Source: an uncultured bacterium (GTDB lineage: Bacteria > Fidelibacterota > Marinisomatia > Marinisomatales > JACNKV01). Taken from it: a stretch of 64,000 nt of DNA. How positions within the stretch are numbered: the stretch's first letter is position 1; each line of letters opens with the position of its first letter. Below the pieces are notes generated by a model. The model had not been told where the DNA came from, ran no database searches, and worked only from the letters and a program-made list of their open reading frames with translations. This document shows, piece by piece, positions 9,950 through 19,801 of this stretch. Position numbers and translations under genes: made by a program. The stretch covers positions 694 to 64,693 of the forward strand of contig CAYQZV010000010.1 of NCBI GenBank assembly GCA_964422145.1. Direction: 5' to 3'.

Positions 9950-11017
9950 ATGAAACATCCGATAAGAATTGCCGTTGATGCGATGGGGGGAGATCACGGA
10001 CCAGACGTTGTTGTAAAAGGTGTAATCGCCGCCCTGAAAAACCATCCGCTGCATGTCATTTTGGTCGGAGACAAGATCAAAATTGAAGATGCATTGAAAA
10101 AATTTCACTATTCCGATGACAGCATTGAAATTGTTCATACGGTTCAAACAATCAAAATGGGTGAAAATCCCAAGGATGCCGTACACAATAAGCCAGACGC
10201 AAGTATCGTTTTGGCTGCTAAGATCGTTTCAGAAGGCCGGGCGGATGCATTAGTGTCCGCAGGAAGTACGGGAGCTACCGTTCTATCATCTGCAAAATAT
10301 ATCCCAAGGATTCTCGGTGTACGTAGAACAGCTATCGCAACCGTCTATCCAACCATGAATGAGTTTCAACGAAATGATCACTTAGCGTTTATGCTGGATG
10401 TCGGAGCGAACGTCCACTGCACCGCTGAAGAATTGGTTCAGTTTGCGATCATGGGAGCAAGTTATGTGTCAGAGGTTCGCGGTATTTCTAATCCGGCAGT
10501 CGCCTTGCTGAATAATGGAGAAGAACCATCCAAAGGCGGTGAGATCATGCAAAAAGCATACCGGATGCTTTCCGAAACACCGGGTGTTAATTTCTTTGGA
10601 AACGTTGAAGGGAAAGACATCTTGAGGGGTGTTGTTGATGTCATTGTCACGGAAGGATTTGTCGGCAATATCGTTATCAAGACGTTAGAAGGTGCTGCGC
10701 ATACGGTCGGGCATTTAAGTAAACTGGCATTCAAAATGAAATGGTCTTGGAAAATGGGACTGCTGATGCTGAGGAAGGGAATCAAAACCTTGAAAGAAAT
10801 CACCGATTATGCTGAATATGGCGGTGCTCCATTGCTTGGATTTGAGAAAATTGTAATTGCTGCTCATGGCCGATCAAATGAAAAAGCGATCTCCAATGCG
10901 ATCGTGTTAGCCGGGAAGTGCGTCAAAGATGATGTCTGCGGTCAGATCGAAAATCGAATTCGGGATTTTGAAATGCGGTCTCACAGTGAATACGACCGTA
11001 TGACGGAAGAGTTTTAA
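9950..11017 (+). CDS. plsX: Phosphate acyltransferase PlsX
   Basis: IAVDAMGGDHGP, SAGSTGA, LDVGAN, GNVEG, EYGGAPLLG and HGRS motifs. Confidence 0.95.
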   Translation: MKHPIRIAVDAMGGDHGPDVVVKGVIAALKNHPLHVILVGDKIKIEDALKKFHYSDDSIEIVHTVQTIKMGENPKDAVHNKPDASIVLAAKIVSEGRADALVSAGSTGATVLSSAKYIPRILGVRRTAIATVYPTMNEFQRNDHLAFMLDVGANVHCTAEELVQFAIMGASYVSEVRGISNPAVALLNNGEEPSKGGEIMQKAYRMLSETPGVNFFGNVEGKDILRGVVDVIVTEGFVGNIVIKTLEGAAHTVGHLSKLAFKMKWSWKMGLLMLRKGIKTLKEITDYAEYGGAPLLGFEKIVIAAHGRSNEKAISNAIVLAGKCVKDDVCGQIENRIRDFEMRSHSEYDRMTEEF

Positions 11018-11070
11018 GGCACAAATAAATTATTAAGTATACGTTTGCTTAGCTCGGGGTTTGTCTCCGG

Positions 11071-11517
11071 TTAAAGCATCCACAGCAAATACAAGACTAA
11101 ACTTGTAATTAAAAATCCGGTAATATAAGTCACAATCTGTTCCTGTCGAATTTGCTGGAACTCACTTTGATGAATATCGTAAATCAATGAAACGGTAATT
11201 GTATCATTCGCAGGGACATACACTCGCTTGACAGCTTCGGGAAGACGATCTTTGATCGATGGAATTTCAAAGTTAGCGGGGAGATAACTTATCTCATGGA
11301 TGCCGTTGTCGATCGGAATGGGTTCTTTAATCGGAGTTTTTCCAATATAAACACCGTTAATAAAAATAGGTGTATTCAAACTGTCTGACTCAGGAAGAAT
11401 ATATCCGATTTGCTGATAACTCTGTTGGTTGAGCTCGACAGTTTCTGAAGAATTATCCTGCCCAACCATCACGGAAAACCCGCAAAACAAAAGTAAAATA
11501 GGGAACCATTGTTTCAT
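11071..11517 (-). CDS. PEGA-like domain protein with signal peptide and C-terminal TM helix
   Basis: IFINGVYIGKTPI...GIHEI is PEGA-like; hydrophobic N- and C-termini. Confidence 0.6.
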   Translation of the reverse strand: MKQWFPILLLFCGFSVMVGQDNSSETVELNQQSYQQIGYILPESDSLNTPIFINGVYIGKTPIKEPIPIDNGIHEISYLPANFEIPSIKDRLPEAVKRVYVPANDTITVSLIYDIHQSEFQQIRQEQIVTYITGFLITSLVLYLLWML

Positions 11518-11645
11518 AGAATAAGTTACATCGAACAGATAACTGGAGACGAGCGAATTTTATACACATTAAGTTCTCGGAGTTTTTTCCATAAGAAATC
11601 AACTTGTTTATTGTCGTAAACATAGTGAATTTCCATGAACATTCT

Positions 11646-13547
11646 ATGCGTAGAAAAACCATTTTATTCATTATCTCAATATTCCTGATCGGATTCCCGA
11701 CAGGATGTGCCTATTTCAATACATACTACAATGCAGAGCAATATTTTGAAACGGCTGAGCAGTCTCGGTTAGAAAAGACAGATGAAACACTTCCGACGAC
11801 AGCCAGAGACGCTTATGAAAAGGTAATTCAGAAAACCCGTCGAGTGATTGAGAAATATCCTGAGAGTAGATATGCTGATCAGGCAAGACTGCTTATGGGA
11901 ATTTCGCAATTCCATCTCAAACAGTATTCGTATGCCGAACAAATGTTTCGCCACCTGATACAAAATGGTGAAGAATCAATTCAACCTCAAACACGTTATT
12001 GGCTGGCAATGTGTAAATGGAAACAGGGTTTACCTCAGCCTGCTTTGGATGATCTGATCGAATTGATTCAAGAAGATATTTCAGACGAATTATTATCGAC
12101 GATTTATCTGTCCATTTCTGAATTGTATTTAGAGAGGGAAGACTCAAAGAACGCACTCGATATGCTGGAAAAAGCTGCGACATTGGTCAGTTCATCCAGA
12201 AAAAAAAGTCAAATTTATTACCGCCTATCCAACTTAGCTGAAGAAAAAGAAGATTGGGAAAAAGCCGTCCATGCCAATAAACAGGTGATTAAACACTCGC
12301 TGGCAAAAAGCCGGATCATGGAAGCCCATAAGTCAATCATTCGGATTTACAGATTATCTGAGCAAGAAGACCAGGCATATAGTAAAACAATTAAACTGTT
12401 TAAAGATGATAATTACACCGACATCCATGCAGATTTAAAATTAGAACTTGGAAAAATCGCTCAGTTAAAAGGTGATTTCGAAGCATCAGTGAAACAGTTT
12501 AGTGATGTCTCGGTTGATTATCCCGGAACCTTAGCCTCAGCGGAAGCTAAATATTTATTAGGGGAATACAACATCCACATAGACTGGGATTTGGAAAAAG
12601 CGAAATCTGAATATGAAGCGGTAGCAACCGAAAACAGGCAATCGCCTTTTTCGTCCTCAGCGCAAGACTTATTGAAATATATTAACAAAATGTTGTCAGA
12701 AATAGATGCGATCCGTGAATTGACATTGTCCATGACGGTAACAAATGATTCCACAGCGACAGATACAACGGGTGTAGACTCACTTGATGTTGAAAAAATA
12801 TATGAACAACTTGCCGGGCATCGCTACATCTTAGCCGAAATTAAAAACTTCCAATTCGATAAGTCAGACTTAGCCTTGCAAGAGCTTGATACATTATTGG
12901 CTTATCCAAAGACCGTAAGTGAGTATCCCAAAGCTGTTTACTTAAAATCTCATATTTTACGGAGGTTAGGAAAAACCGACGAATCAAATCTGCTTGAAGA
13001 AGAAATTCTTGCCAAATGGTCTGATTCCGAATTTGCTATGGAAATCAACCGATCACGAAATAATGTTGAAGAGGATGACCCGATTGAAATAAAGTTTAAT
13101 CTTGCTGAAGAAGTATGGTTTATCGATAAAGATTCATCTTTGACCTTACTGAAAGAAATTGTCTCTAAGGATTCTGTGAGTACCGTTTCGGCATCTGCCC
13201 TATATTTCTTAGCCTATCAATATGATCGAGCTTTTTATGAAACTGACAGCGCATTAAAGTACTACGAACTGCTGGAAAGATGGCATCCCCAAAGCGAGCA
13301 AAATGAAGTATCAAGAACCCAATTAAGCATTATTCGTTCTACCTTTGCTGAACTCAATGTGGATACGACATCTGTCACAGTTAAGGACTCACTTCAAACG
13401 GAATTACCCGTAGATTCATTGCTGACTCCGGTTAGCAATGGATCGCTCCGCCCGATCAGTGTTCAGCCGACGGATAAAGAAAAAACTGACACTGAAAATG
13501 GGGTGACGGATATTCCGGAGAAACCGGAAAAAGTACTCGATAAATAA
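11646..13547 (+). CDS. TPR-repeat outer-membrane lipoprotein (BamD/SprE-like)
   Basis: Start MRRKTILF; lipobox PTGC followed by AYFNTYYNA; KYPESRYADQA and many helical TPR-like repeats; acidic low-complexity tail. Confidence 0.7.
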   Translation: MRRKTILFIISIFLIGFPTGCAYFNTYYNAEQYFETAEQSRLEKTDETLPTTARDAYEKVIQKTRRVIEKYPESRYADQARLLMGISQFHLKQYSYAEQMFRHLIQNGEESIQPQTRYWLAMCKWKQGLPQPALDDLIELIQEDISDELLSTIYLSISELYLEREDSKNALDMLEKAATLVSSSRKKSQIYYRLSNLAEEKEDWEKAVHANKQVIKHSLAKSRIMEAHKSIIRIYRLSEQEDQAYSKTIKLFKDDNYTDIHADLKLELGKIAQLKGDFEASVKQFSDVSVDYPGTLASAEAKYLLGEYNIHIDWDLEKAKSEYEAVATENRQSPFSSSAQDLLKYINKMLSEIDAIRELTLSMTVTNDSTATDTTGVDSLDVEKIYEQLAGHRYILAEIKNFQFDKSDLALQELDTLLAYPKTVSEYPKAVYLKSHILRRLGKTDESNLLEEEILAKWSDSEFAMEINRSRNNVEEDDPIEIKFNLAEEVWFIDKDSSLTLLKEIVSKDSVSTVSASALYFLAYQYDRAFYETDSALKYYELLERWHPQSEQNEVSRTQLSIIRSTFAELNVDTTSVTVKDSLQTELPVDSLLTPVSNGSLRPISVQPTDKEKTDTENGVTDIPEKPEKVLDK

Positions 13548-13551
13548 TATA

Positions 13552-14334
13552 ATGATAAAAGAAGACTGTAAAATAATTTACAATGATCAGATTGCACACA
13601 CTTTGTGGAAGATGATTTTTAAATCAGATCGGATTGCACCATCCTATAAAGGTGCAGGTCAATTCATTTTACTTCTTCCAAATGACTCTCTTGATCACCC
13701 TCTGCGTCGTCCGATGAGTATTGCAGGCGTTGAAGGTGATCAATTTTCCATCATTTATAAAACGGTTGGACCCATCACAAACGCTATGAGTCAAATGAAA
13801 CCCGGAGAGACGATCAATGTGCTCGGTCCTCTGGGAAATACATTTACAACAACTGACGATGAAACCACACCAATATTGATCGGCGGCGGTGTTGGGCTGG
13901 CTCCAATTCTAAATTTGCAGAAACTACTGAATGATTCCATAACAATCATTGGAGCGCGAACTGCCGAAGAACATTTTTTAACTCATTCCCCCAAGGATGG
14001 ATTGATTTTATCGACCGACGATGGATCGGCTGGAATTAAAGGAAACGTCATTACCGCATTAGAAAGTGTGATCAATAAGATTAAGAATCCGATAATTTAC
14101 GCATGTGGTCCGGAACCGATGTTAAAAGCATTACAAACATTTTCGATTACAAATGACATACCCGCTCAGTTATCGGTTGAGAGTTATATGGCCTGCGGTA
14201 TCGGAATTTGTCAAGGATGTGTGATTAAAAAAACATCAGCAAACGTAAACACGGAACCGTCTTATCATCAGAGATTTGATCTCGTGTGCAAGAACGGCCC
14301 CGTTTTTTCAGCAGGGGAGATTCGTTTTGGTTGA
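13552..14334 (+). CDS. pyrK: Dihydroorotate dehydrogenase electron-transfer subunit
   Basis: LRRPMS, GPLGN, IGGGVGLAP, CGPEPM; 2Fe-2S motif MACGIGICQGC...VCKNGPVF. Confidence 0.92.
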   Translation: MIKEDCKIIYNDQIAHTLWKMIFKSDRIAPSYKGAGQFILLLPNDSLDHPLRRPMSIAGVEGDQFSIIYKTVGPITNAMSQMKPGETINVLGPLGNTFTTTDDETTPILIGGGVGLAPILNLQKLLNDSITIIGARTAEEHFLTHSPKDGLILSTDDGSAGIKGNVITALESVINKIKNPIIYACGPEPMLKALQTFSITNDIPAQLSVESYMACGIGICQGCVIKKTSANVNTEPSYHQRFDLVCKNGPVFSAGEIRFG

Positions 14335-15247
14335 TCTTACAATTAAATTAGGCGGCGTTTCGTTTAACAATCCGGTCTTCACTGCTTCCGGGACGTTTGG
14401 GTATGGAACGGAAGTCTCTACGTTAACGGATGTATCCAAACTTGGAGCGATCATCACCAAATCCGTGACGCGGTATCCCAGGGAAGGAAATCCTCCGCCG
14501 CGAATAGTCGAAACACCATCCGGGATGATCAATTCGATCGGCTTGGCAAATATCGGGGTGGAAGACTATATCAAGGATATGCTGCCGTTGTACCAAAATA
14601 TCGGTACAAAAGTGATCATGAACATTGCAGGAACCACGATTGATGAATATTGCGAAGTTCTGGAAAAAGTGGAATCAGTTTCATCAGATATCGTCGGGTA
14701 CGAGATCAACATCTCCTGCCCAAATGTAAAAGAAGGCGGGATGCAGTTTGGCGTGGACGTATCCATGACGGAAACATTAACCGCAGCGATGAGACAGCGT
14801 ACGCAACGTCTTTTGATCATGAAGTTAAGCCCGAATGTCACAGACATCACATCCATCGCAAAAGCAGCTGAAAACGGGGGTACTGACGCGGTTTCAGCGA
14901 TCAATACGGTTGTAGGCATGAGTATCAATGCTGACACAAAATACAGTCAAATTTATACTACATTCGGCGGATTATCGGGGCCGGCCATCAAACCCATAGG
15001 ATTAGCCGCAGTATTTAAGGTGTATCAAACGGTGAATATTCCGATCATCGGTCTAGGCGGTATCAGTAACGGAAAGGATGCAGCAGAATATCTCTTAGCC
15101 GGTGCGTCAGCCGTTCAGGTCGGAACAGCGAATTTCAGACATCCGGATGCAGGAGAGCAAATCATTCGGGAATTAACCGATTATGCCAAGAAGAGTAATG
15201 TTCAGTCGATCTCGTCTTTAACCGGAAAGGTCATTACACACTCGTGA
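14327..15247 (+). CDS. pyrD: Dihydroorotate dehydrogenase B (NAD+), catalytic subunit
   Basis: TASGTFG, NISCPN, KLSPN and GGLSGPAIKP motifs; probable TTG start at 14327 after GGGGAG. Confidence 0.94.
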   Translation: MVDLTIKLGGVSFNNPVFTASGTFGYGTEVSTLTDVSKLGAIITKSVTRYPREGNPPPRIVETPSGMINSIGLANIGVEDYIKDMLPLYQNIGTKVIMNIAGTTIDEYCEVLEKVESVSSDIVGYEINISCPNVKEGGMQFGVDVSMTETLTAAMRQRTQRLLIMKLSPNVTDITSIAKAAENGGTDAVSAINTVVGMSINADTKYSQIYTTFGGLSGPAIKPIGLAAVFKVYQTVNIPIIGLGGISNGKDAAEYLLAGASAVQVGTANFRHPDAGEQIIRELTDYAKKSNVQSISSLTGKVITHS

Positions 15248-15711
15248 GATTCACCATCAAATCATTTTTCCCGATTTGGATCACCTTTTTATGCGGATAT
15301 TTACTTGTGTCTTGTACAAGTTCACCGCGATACGGAACAACGACAAGGGGTAAAAAGATCAAAAGTAAACATCAGGTTGCGCGGAAAAAAGAATTAGTCG
15401 GTGTCAGTTCCTATTACGGGAAGGATTTCCACGGGAAACTCACCGCAAATGGGGAAGTGTATGACATGTACGGTATTACCGCCGCACATAAGACATTACC
15501 ACTGAATACAATTGCCCGTGTGACAAACTTATCTAATAATCAATCGATCATTCTTCGCATCAACGACCGAGGTCCATTTGTGAAGGGCCGAATTTTGGAC
15601 TGCTCCTACGGTGCGGCGGTAAAATTGGATTTTGTGAATGAAGGAACTGCAAAAGTAAAAATTGAGATTATTGAACTCGGTGATAATAAATATATGAAAC
15701 ATAAAGATTAA
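15244..15711 (+). CDS. rlpA: RlpA family septal ring lytic transglycosylase lipoprotein
   Basis: SYYGKDFHGKLTANGE, TAAHKTLP and RINDRGPF motifs; lipobox LVSC. Confidence 0.92.
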   Translation: MRFTIKSFFPIWITFLCGYLLVSCTSSPRYGTTTRGKKIKSKHQVARKKELVGVSSYYGKDFHGKLTANGEVYDMYGITAAHKTLPLNTIARVTNLSNNQSIILRINDRGPFVKGRILDCSYGAAVKLDFVNEGTAKVKIEIIELGDNKYMKHKD

Positions 15712-15738
15712 AGCTACGATTTAATAAAAGGAAATACC

Positions 15739-16626
15739 ATGAAACGATACATCCTCATTCTAAATCCTCATGGCGGCGTAAAAACCGGTCGCACTATTTT
15801 GAAAAAGATCAAGCCTGTGTTTGACGCTGCCGGGTCTGAGTTAAATGTGTACGAAACCGAGCATGCAGGACATGCAAAAGAGTTAGCTTATTCACTGGAT
15901 TACACCGGATACGAAGGTTTGTGTGCCATAGGCGGAGACGGAACGATGCACGAAGTAGTGAATGGGATGTTAGCAAGACCCGATAAAAGACAATTGCCCA
16001 TCGGTTTGATCACCGGAGGAACGGGCAACTCGTTTATGCGGGATGTCAATTGCCTTGATTCGGTCGTCGCAGCAAAGCGAGTCGTAACGGGAAGAAAACG
16101 TCCGGTGGATGTCGCCAAAGTGGATGCGAATGGTGAAACACTATATGCGTTTAATATCATTGGATGGGGCATGCCGACCGAGATCAACCGGATATCTGAA
16201 AAGCTTCGTTGGATGGGAGGACAGCGGTACAATGTTGCTTCGATCATTGAAGTGATGAAAAACAAACAGCGGTTGGCGACATTGGTTATCGATGGAAATC
16301 GTATCGTTGGTAACTTTGGTTTTATCATGGGATGTAATACAATTCATACCGGAAAAGGGATGAAAATGGCACCCTTGGCTCAGGTAGATGACGGATATAT
16401 TGATCTGATCATTGTCCATAAAGCCGGTCGAATGAAGCTGTTGAACATGTTCCCGAAAGTCTTTTCCGGTTCTCATATTGGTGACCCGGCGGTTCAATAT
16501 AAACAGGTAACAGAGTTTTCGATTATCCCCGATGAGCCGCATGAATTAAACATCGATGGTGAGATGATCGGGAGTACGCCAATCCACGTTGTTGTGCTTC
16601 CAAAAGCAATCGAAATGCTTGTATGA
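15739..16626 (+). CDS. Diacylglycerol/sphingosine kinase family lipid kinase
   Basis: NPHGG, GGDGTMHEVVNG, GGTGNSF and IDGE motifs. Confidence 0.9.
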   Translation: MKRYILILNPHGGVKTGRTILKKIKPVFDAAGSELNVYETEHAGHAKELAYSLDYTGYEGLCAIGGDGTMHEVVNGMLARPDKRQLPIGLITGGTGNSFMRDVNCLDSVVAAKRVVTGRKRPVDVAKVDANGETLYAFNIIGWGMPTEINRISEKLRWMGGQRYNVASIIEVMKNKQRLATLVIDGNRIVGNFGFIMGCNTIHTGKGMKMAPLAQVDDGYIDLIIVHKAGRMKLLNMFPKVFSGSHIGDPAVQYKQVTEFSIIPDEPHELNIDGEMIGSTPIHVVVLPKAIEMLV

Positions 16627-16668
16627 TTCGCTGTCGAATTGGATGAAAAACACAAAACTGAAAAACAT

Positions 16669-16700
16669 TTGCACATAAAATATTTTTTAATTTAACTTTG
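16669..16700 (+). promoter_or_regulatory. Putative promoter TTGCAC-N18-TAACTT
   Basis: Same 18-nt spacing as the promoters before uvrB, groES and tRNA-Leu; also fits TTTG-N21-TAnnTTTG. Confidence 0.5.
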
Positions 16701-16708
16701 ACTAGGAT

Positions 16709-16805
16709 TTGTGAGAGGCCCCGTTGGTACGGCGTGCTCTTCAGGGAAAAAAGATTTTCTCGAGGGTAAACTGGCGGGGCTTTTGTATTGACGGAGATTT
16801 CACAG
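16709..16805 (+). ncRNA. Candidate structured RNA (long hairpin), family unknown
   Basis: AGAGGCCCCGTTGGT pairs with ACTGGCGGGGCTTTT, TGCTCTT with GAGGGTA, and GGGAAAA with TTTTCTC around an AAGA loop. G-U pairs favour the + strand. Confidence 0.4.
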
Positions 16806-16880
16806 CACCTTAACGAAATTCGCTATCTCGAGTTTCAGTCCATTATCCAAAATATTTTGCATTAAAAAAGAGAGATTATT

Positions 16881-17276
16881 ATGTCGACCGTTGCCCATTA
16901 TTCCCAATTAGTCATGCCCGATCATTTAAATAATGTAGGAACTTTGTTCGGTGGACAGATGATCTCATGGATGGACATTGCCGCAGCAAAAACATCCTAT
17001 CGTTTTTTAAGAGGAACCGATGCCTGGGGTTCTGTCACACGAGCAATTAACAGCGTAGAATTCACTGAACCTGTGTATGGCGGTGAGTGGGTGACCTTTA
17101 CCGGGACAGTGATTCAAGCCGGTAAATCATCCATTAAAGTTAAAGTGGATGCGCATGCCGAAAGCCGCCATCATGAAAAAAGACTGGCGTGTACTGCCGT
17201 GATTACAATGGTGTCCGTGAAAGAAGATTCAAAAGGCGAGTTTTCAAAATACGACCACAATATCGAAGTAAAATAA
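16881..17276 (+). CDS. Acyl-CoA thioesterase (hotdog fold, YciA-like)
   Basis: VMPDHLNNVGTLFGGQMISWMD; VEFTEPV; GKSSI. Confidence 0.88.
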   Translation: MSTVAHYSQLVMPDHLNNVGTLFGGQMISWMDIAAAKTSYRFLRGTDAWGSVTRAINSVEFTEPVYGGEWVTFTGTVIQAGKSSIKVKVDAHAESRHHEKRLACTAVITMVSVKEDSKGEFSKYDHNIEVK

Positions 17277-17460
17277 TTTCGAATTCTTAACTACACATAT
17301 TTTATATAGATTTAAGTTATAAAAACAAAACAGGATAAGTCTATCCTTATTTGTTGTTCGCCGTTAGTAAACTAATTAAATTTGTCCCTCGAAATATACT
17401 TTTTTTCGAGAAATTGAATACTATTATTATTAATCACAGTTAAGTTACTGGAGGAATCAG

Positions 17461-19398
17461 ATGTCTACGAACGTCTACAAACCAAGTGCTGAATTTTCTA
17501 AGAATGCATTGATTTCTGATCTGGATCAATATCGGGAATTATATGATCAATCTATTCAAGATCCTGAAGGATTTTGGGCTGGAATAGCCGAAAGAATTAC
17601 TTGGTTTAAAAAATGGGATACTGTCCGAAATTTTGATTTTGTAAAAGCTCAAATTAAATGGTTTGAGGGCGGAAAATTAAATGTTGCATACAACTGTCTT
17701 GACCGACATATTGAAGAAGGGCACGGAGATCAAACCGCATTAATTTGGGAAGGAAATAATCCTGAAGAAGATAAAGCATTTACATTTAATGAACTCAAAG
17801 ATGAAGTATCTAAATTTGCAAATGTGTTGAAGGCAAGAGGAGTTGTCAAAGGCGATCGTGTTTGTCTTTATATGCAGATGATTCCTGAATTAGCTGTTGC
17901 TATGCTTGCCTGTGCACGGATCGGAGCAGTTCACTCCATCGTATTTGGTGCGTTCAGTTCTGACTCCCTGCGTGATCGGATCAATGACTCATCCTGTAAG
18001 ATTTTAGTCACACAGGATACCGGAGTCCGCGGAACAAAATTAAATATAGCCATGAAAACAAAAGCAGATAAAGCATTAGATGAAACTCCGTCTATCGAAC
18101 ATGTTTTTGTTGTAAAACGGACTGGCGAAGATGTTCCGATGACAGAAGGCCGTGATCTTTGGTGGCATGAAGAAATGGTGAACGCCAGTACAGATTGTCC
18201 GCCGGAAGAAATGGATGCAGAAGATCCGTTGTTTATCCTTTACACGTCCGGATCTACCGGAAAACCTAAAGGTGTACTTCATACAACAGGCGGATATTTA
18301 GTATACACATCATACACACATGAAAAAATCTTCGATTATCAAGAAGGCGATATCTACTGGTGCACAGCAGACATCGGTTGGATCACCGGTCACTCTTACA
18401 TCGTCTACGGACCGTTAGCAAATCGCGCGACAACAATGATGTTTGAAGGTGTTCCTAATTATCCGGATTTTGGCAGATTTTGGGATATCGTTGATAAGCA
18501 TAAAGTGAATTCGTTCTACACCGCTCCAACTGCACTCCGTGCATTGATGAAAGAAGGAAATGACTGGGTTGAAAAACGAGATTTATCCACATTGAAATTA
18601 CTCGGAACCGTCGGAGAGCCGATCAAAGAACCCGAGTGGAAGTGGTATTATAACATCGTTGGTAAAGGAAATTGTCCGATTGTTGATACATGGTGGCAAA
18701 CAGAAACGGGCGGAATTTTGATCACGCCATTACCCGGCGCAACACCGCTTAAACCCGGGTCTGCAACGCTTCCGTTCTTTGGCGTAGAGCCTGTTCTTCT
18801 GACTGAAGAAGGAAAAGAAATCGATGGAAATGATGTTTCCGGGTTGTTAGCGATCAAAACATCATGGCCGGGACAGATGCGGACACTTTACGGTGACCAT
18901 GACCGTTTCATTCAAACGTACTTCTCCATGTATCCAGGGTATTATTTCACCGGTGATGGTGCTCGCAGAGATGAAGACGGATACTACTGGATCACAGGAC
19001 GTGTCGATGACGTACTGAATGTATCAGGCCATCGTATCGGAACAGCTGAAGTTGAAGGCGGAATCGGTAAAGCAAACGGCGTTGCGGAAGCTGCTGTCGT
19101 TGGATATCCTCATGACATTAAAGGACAGGGCATTTATGCATATGTTACACTGATGTCAGGTGTTGAAGAAAGTGATGGTATTGTGAAAGATATTTTAGCA
19201 ACAGTTACGGCTGATATCGGCCCACATGCGAAACCGGATAAAATCCAGTTTACTCCTGCACTTCCGAAAACTCGTTCTGGAAAAATCATGAGACGAATTC
19301 TCAGAAAGATTGCAGAAGGAGATATTTCCAGTTTAGGAGATACATCGACATTAGCCGATCCTTCCGTTGTAGATCAACTGCTTGAAGGCCGTCAGTAA
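17461..19398 (+). CDS. acs: Acetate--CoA ligase (AMP-forming acetyl-CoA synthetase)
   Basis: [20 protein letters not shown] and [12 protein letters not shown] motifs; GGAGG RBS. Confidence 0.97.
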   Translation: MSTNVYKPSAEFSKNALISDLDQYRELYDQSIQDPEGFWAGIAERITWFKKWDTVRNFDFVKAQIKWFEGGKLNVAYNCLDRHIEEGHGDQTALIWEGNNPEEDKAFTFNELKDEVSKFANVLKARGVVKGDRVCLYMQMIPELAVAMLACARIGAVHSIVFGAFSSDSLRDRINDSSCKILVTQDTGVRGTKLNIAMKTKADKALDETPSIEHVFVVKRTGEDVPMTEGRDLWWHEEMVNASTDCPPEEMDAEDPLFILYTSGSTGKPKGVLHTTGGYLVYTSYTHEKIFDYQEGDIYWCTADIGWITGHSYIVYGPLANRATTMMFEGVPNYPDFGRFWDIVDKHKVNSFYTAPTALRALMKEGNDWVEKRDLSTLKLLGTVGEPIKEPEWKWYYNIVGKGNCPIVDTWWQTETGGILITPLPGATPLKPGSATLPFFGVEPVLLTEEGKEIDGNDVSGLLAIKTSWPGQMRTLYGDHDRFIQTYFSMYPGYYFTGDGARRDEDGYYWITGRVDDVLNVSGHRIGTAEVEGGIGKANGVAEAAVVGYPHDIKGQGIYAYVTLMSGVEESDGIVKDILATVTADIGPHAKPDKIQFTPALPKTRSGKIMRRILRKIAEGDISSLGDTSTLADPSVVDQLLEGRQ

Positions 19399-19413
19399 GG
19401 TCGAAATAGAATC

Positions 19414-19449
19414 AAATAAAAAGGGCTCCGTTCGGAGCCCTTTTTTATT
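19414..19449. terminator. Bidirectional rho-independent terminator between acs and the yecH-like gene
   Basis: AAATAAAAAGGGCTCCG-TT-CGGAGCCCTTTTTTATT: GC-rich stem flanked by A and T tracts, between convergent genes. Confidence 0.9.
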
Positions 19450-19464
19450 GGTGTTAATTTTAAA

Positions 19465-19695
19465 TCAGGAATGACCGCAGATATTTTCTTTGATCACGGA
19501 TATGCCGGTCTGAGTAACGGTGATCTTTCCCCGAGCGGAAAGAAATGAAATCAATTCATCAAGAGTGAAAAGAACTTCCTGACAGTTTTGAAATCTGGCT
19601 TCTTCTCCAAAGACTTCCCGTAAATCAGAGATAGATCGTTCAGTGTCTGAATCCGCTAAGTAGTGTAAAACTTTGTGTGCATGGTAAATTTTCAT
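19465..19695 (-). CDS. YecH/DUF2492 family putative metal-binding protein
   Basis: Start at MKIYHAHKVL; FGEEARFQNC...LISFLSARGK...ICGH parallels the YecH pattern HGHEVL / FGEQARFHTC / FLAAKGK / ICRH (recalled). Confidence 0.75.
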   Translation of the reverse strand: MKIYHAHKVLHYLADSDTERSISDLREVFGEEARFQNCQEVLFTLDELISFLSARGKITVTQTGISVIKENICGHS

Positions 19696-19764
19696 GGCGA
19701 ATATTACAATATAATTTGATGGATTAAAAATAGAAATATTAAATATATGAATTAAACTCTGCCA

Positions 19765-19794
19765 TTGCAGACAATAAAACAACCGTCGTAAATT
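19765..19794 (+). promoter_or_regulatory. Putative uvrB promoter TTGCAG-N18-TAAATT
   Basis: The -10 box ends 7 nt before the uvrB ATG and there is no Shine-Dalgarno. Confidence 0.55.
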
Positions 19795-19801
19795 CGCCAA
19801 T

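Noticed and set aside
16709..16790. Hairpin as SRP RNA, tRNA-Sec or 6S RNA
   Set aside because: It has TCAGG but lacks the SRP GNRA loop and AGCAG; there is no cloverleaf, T-loop or UCA anticodon arm; it is too short for 6S.
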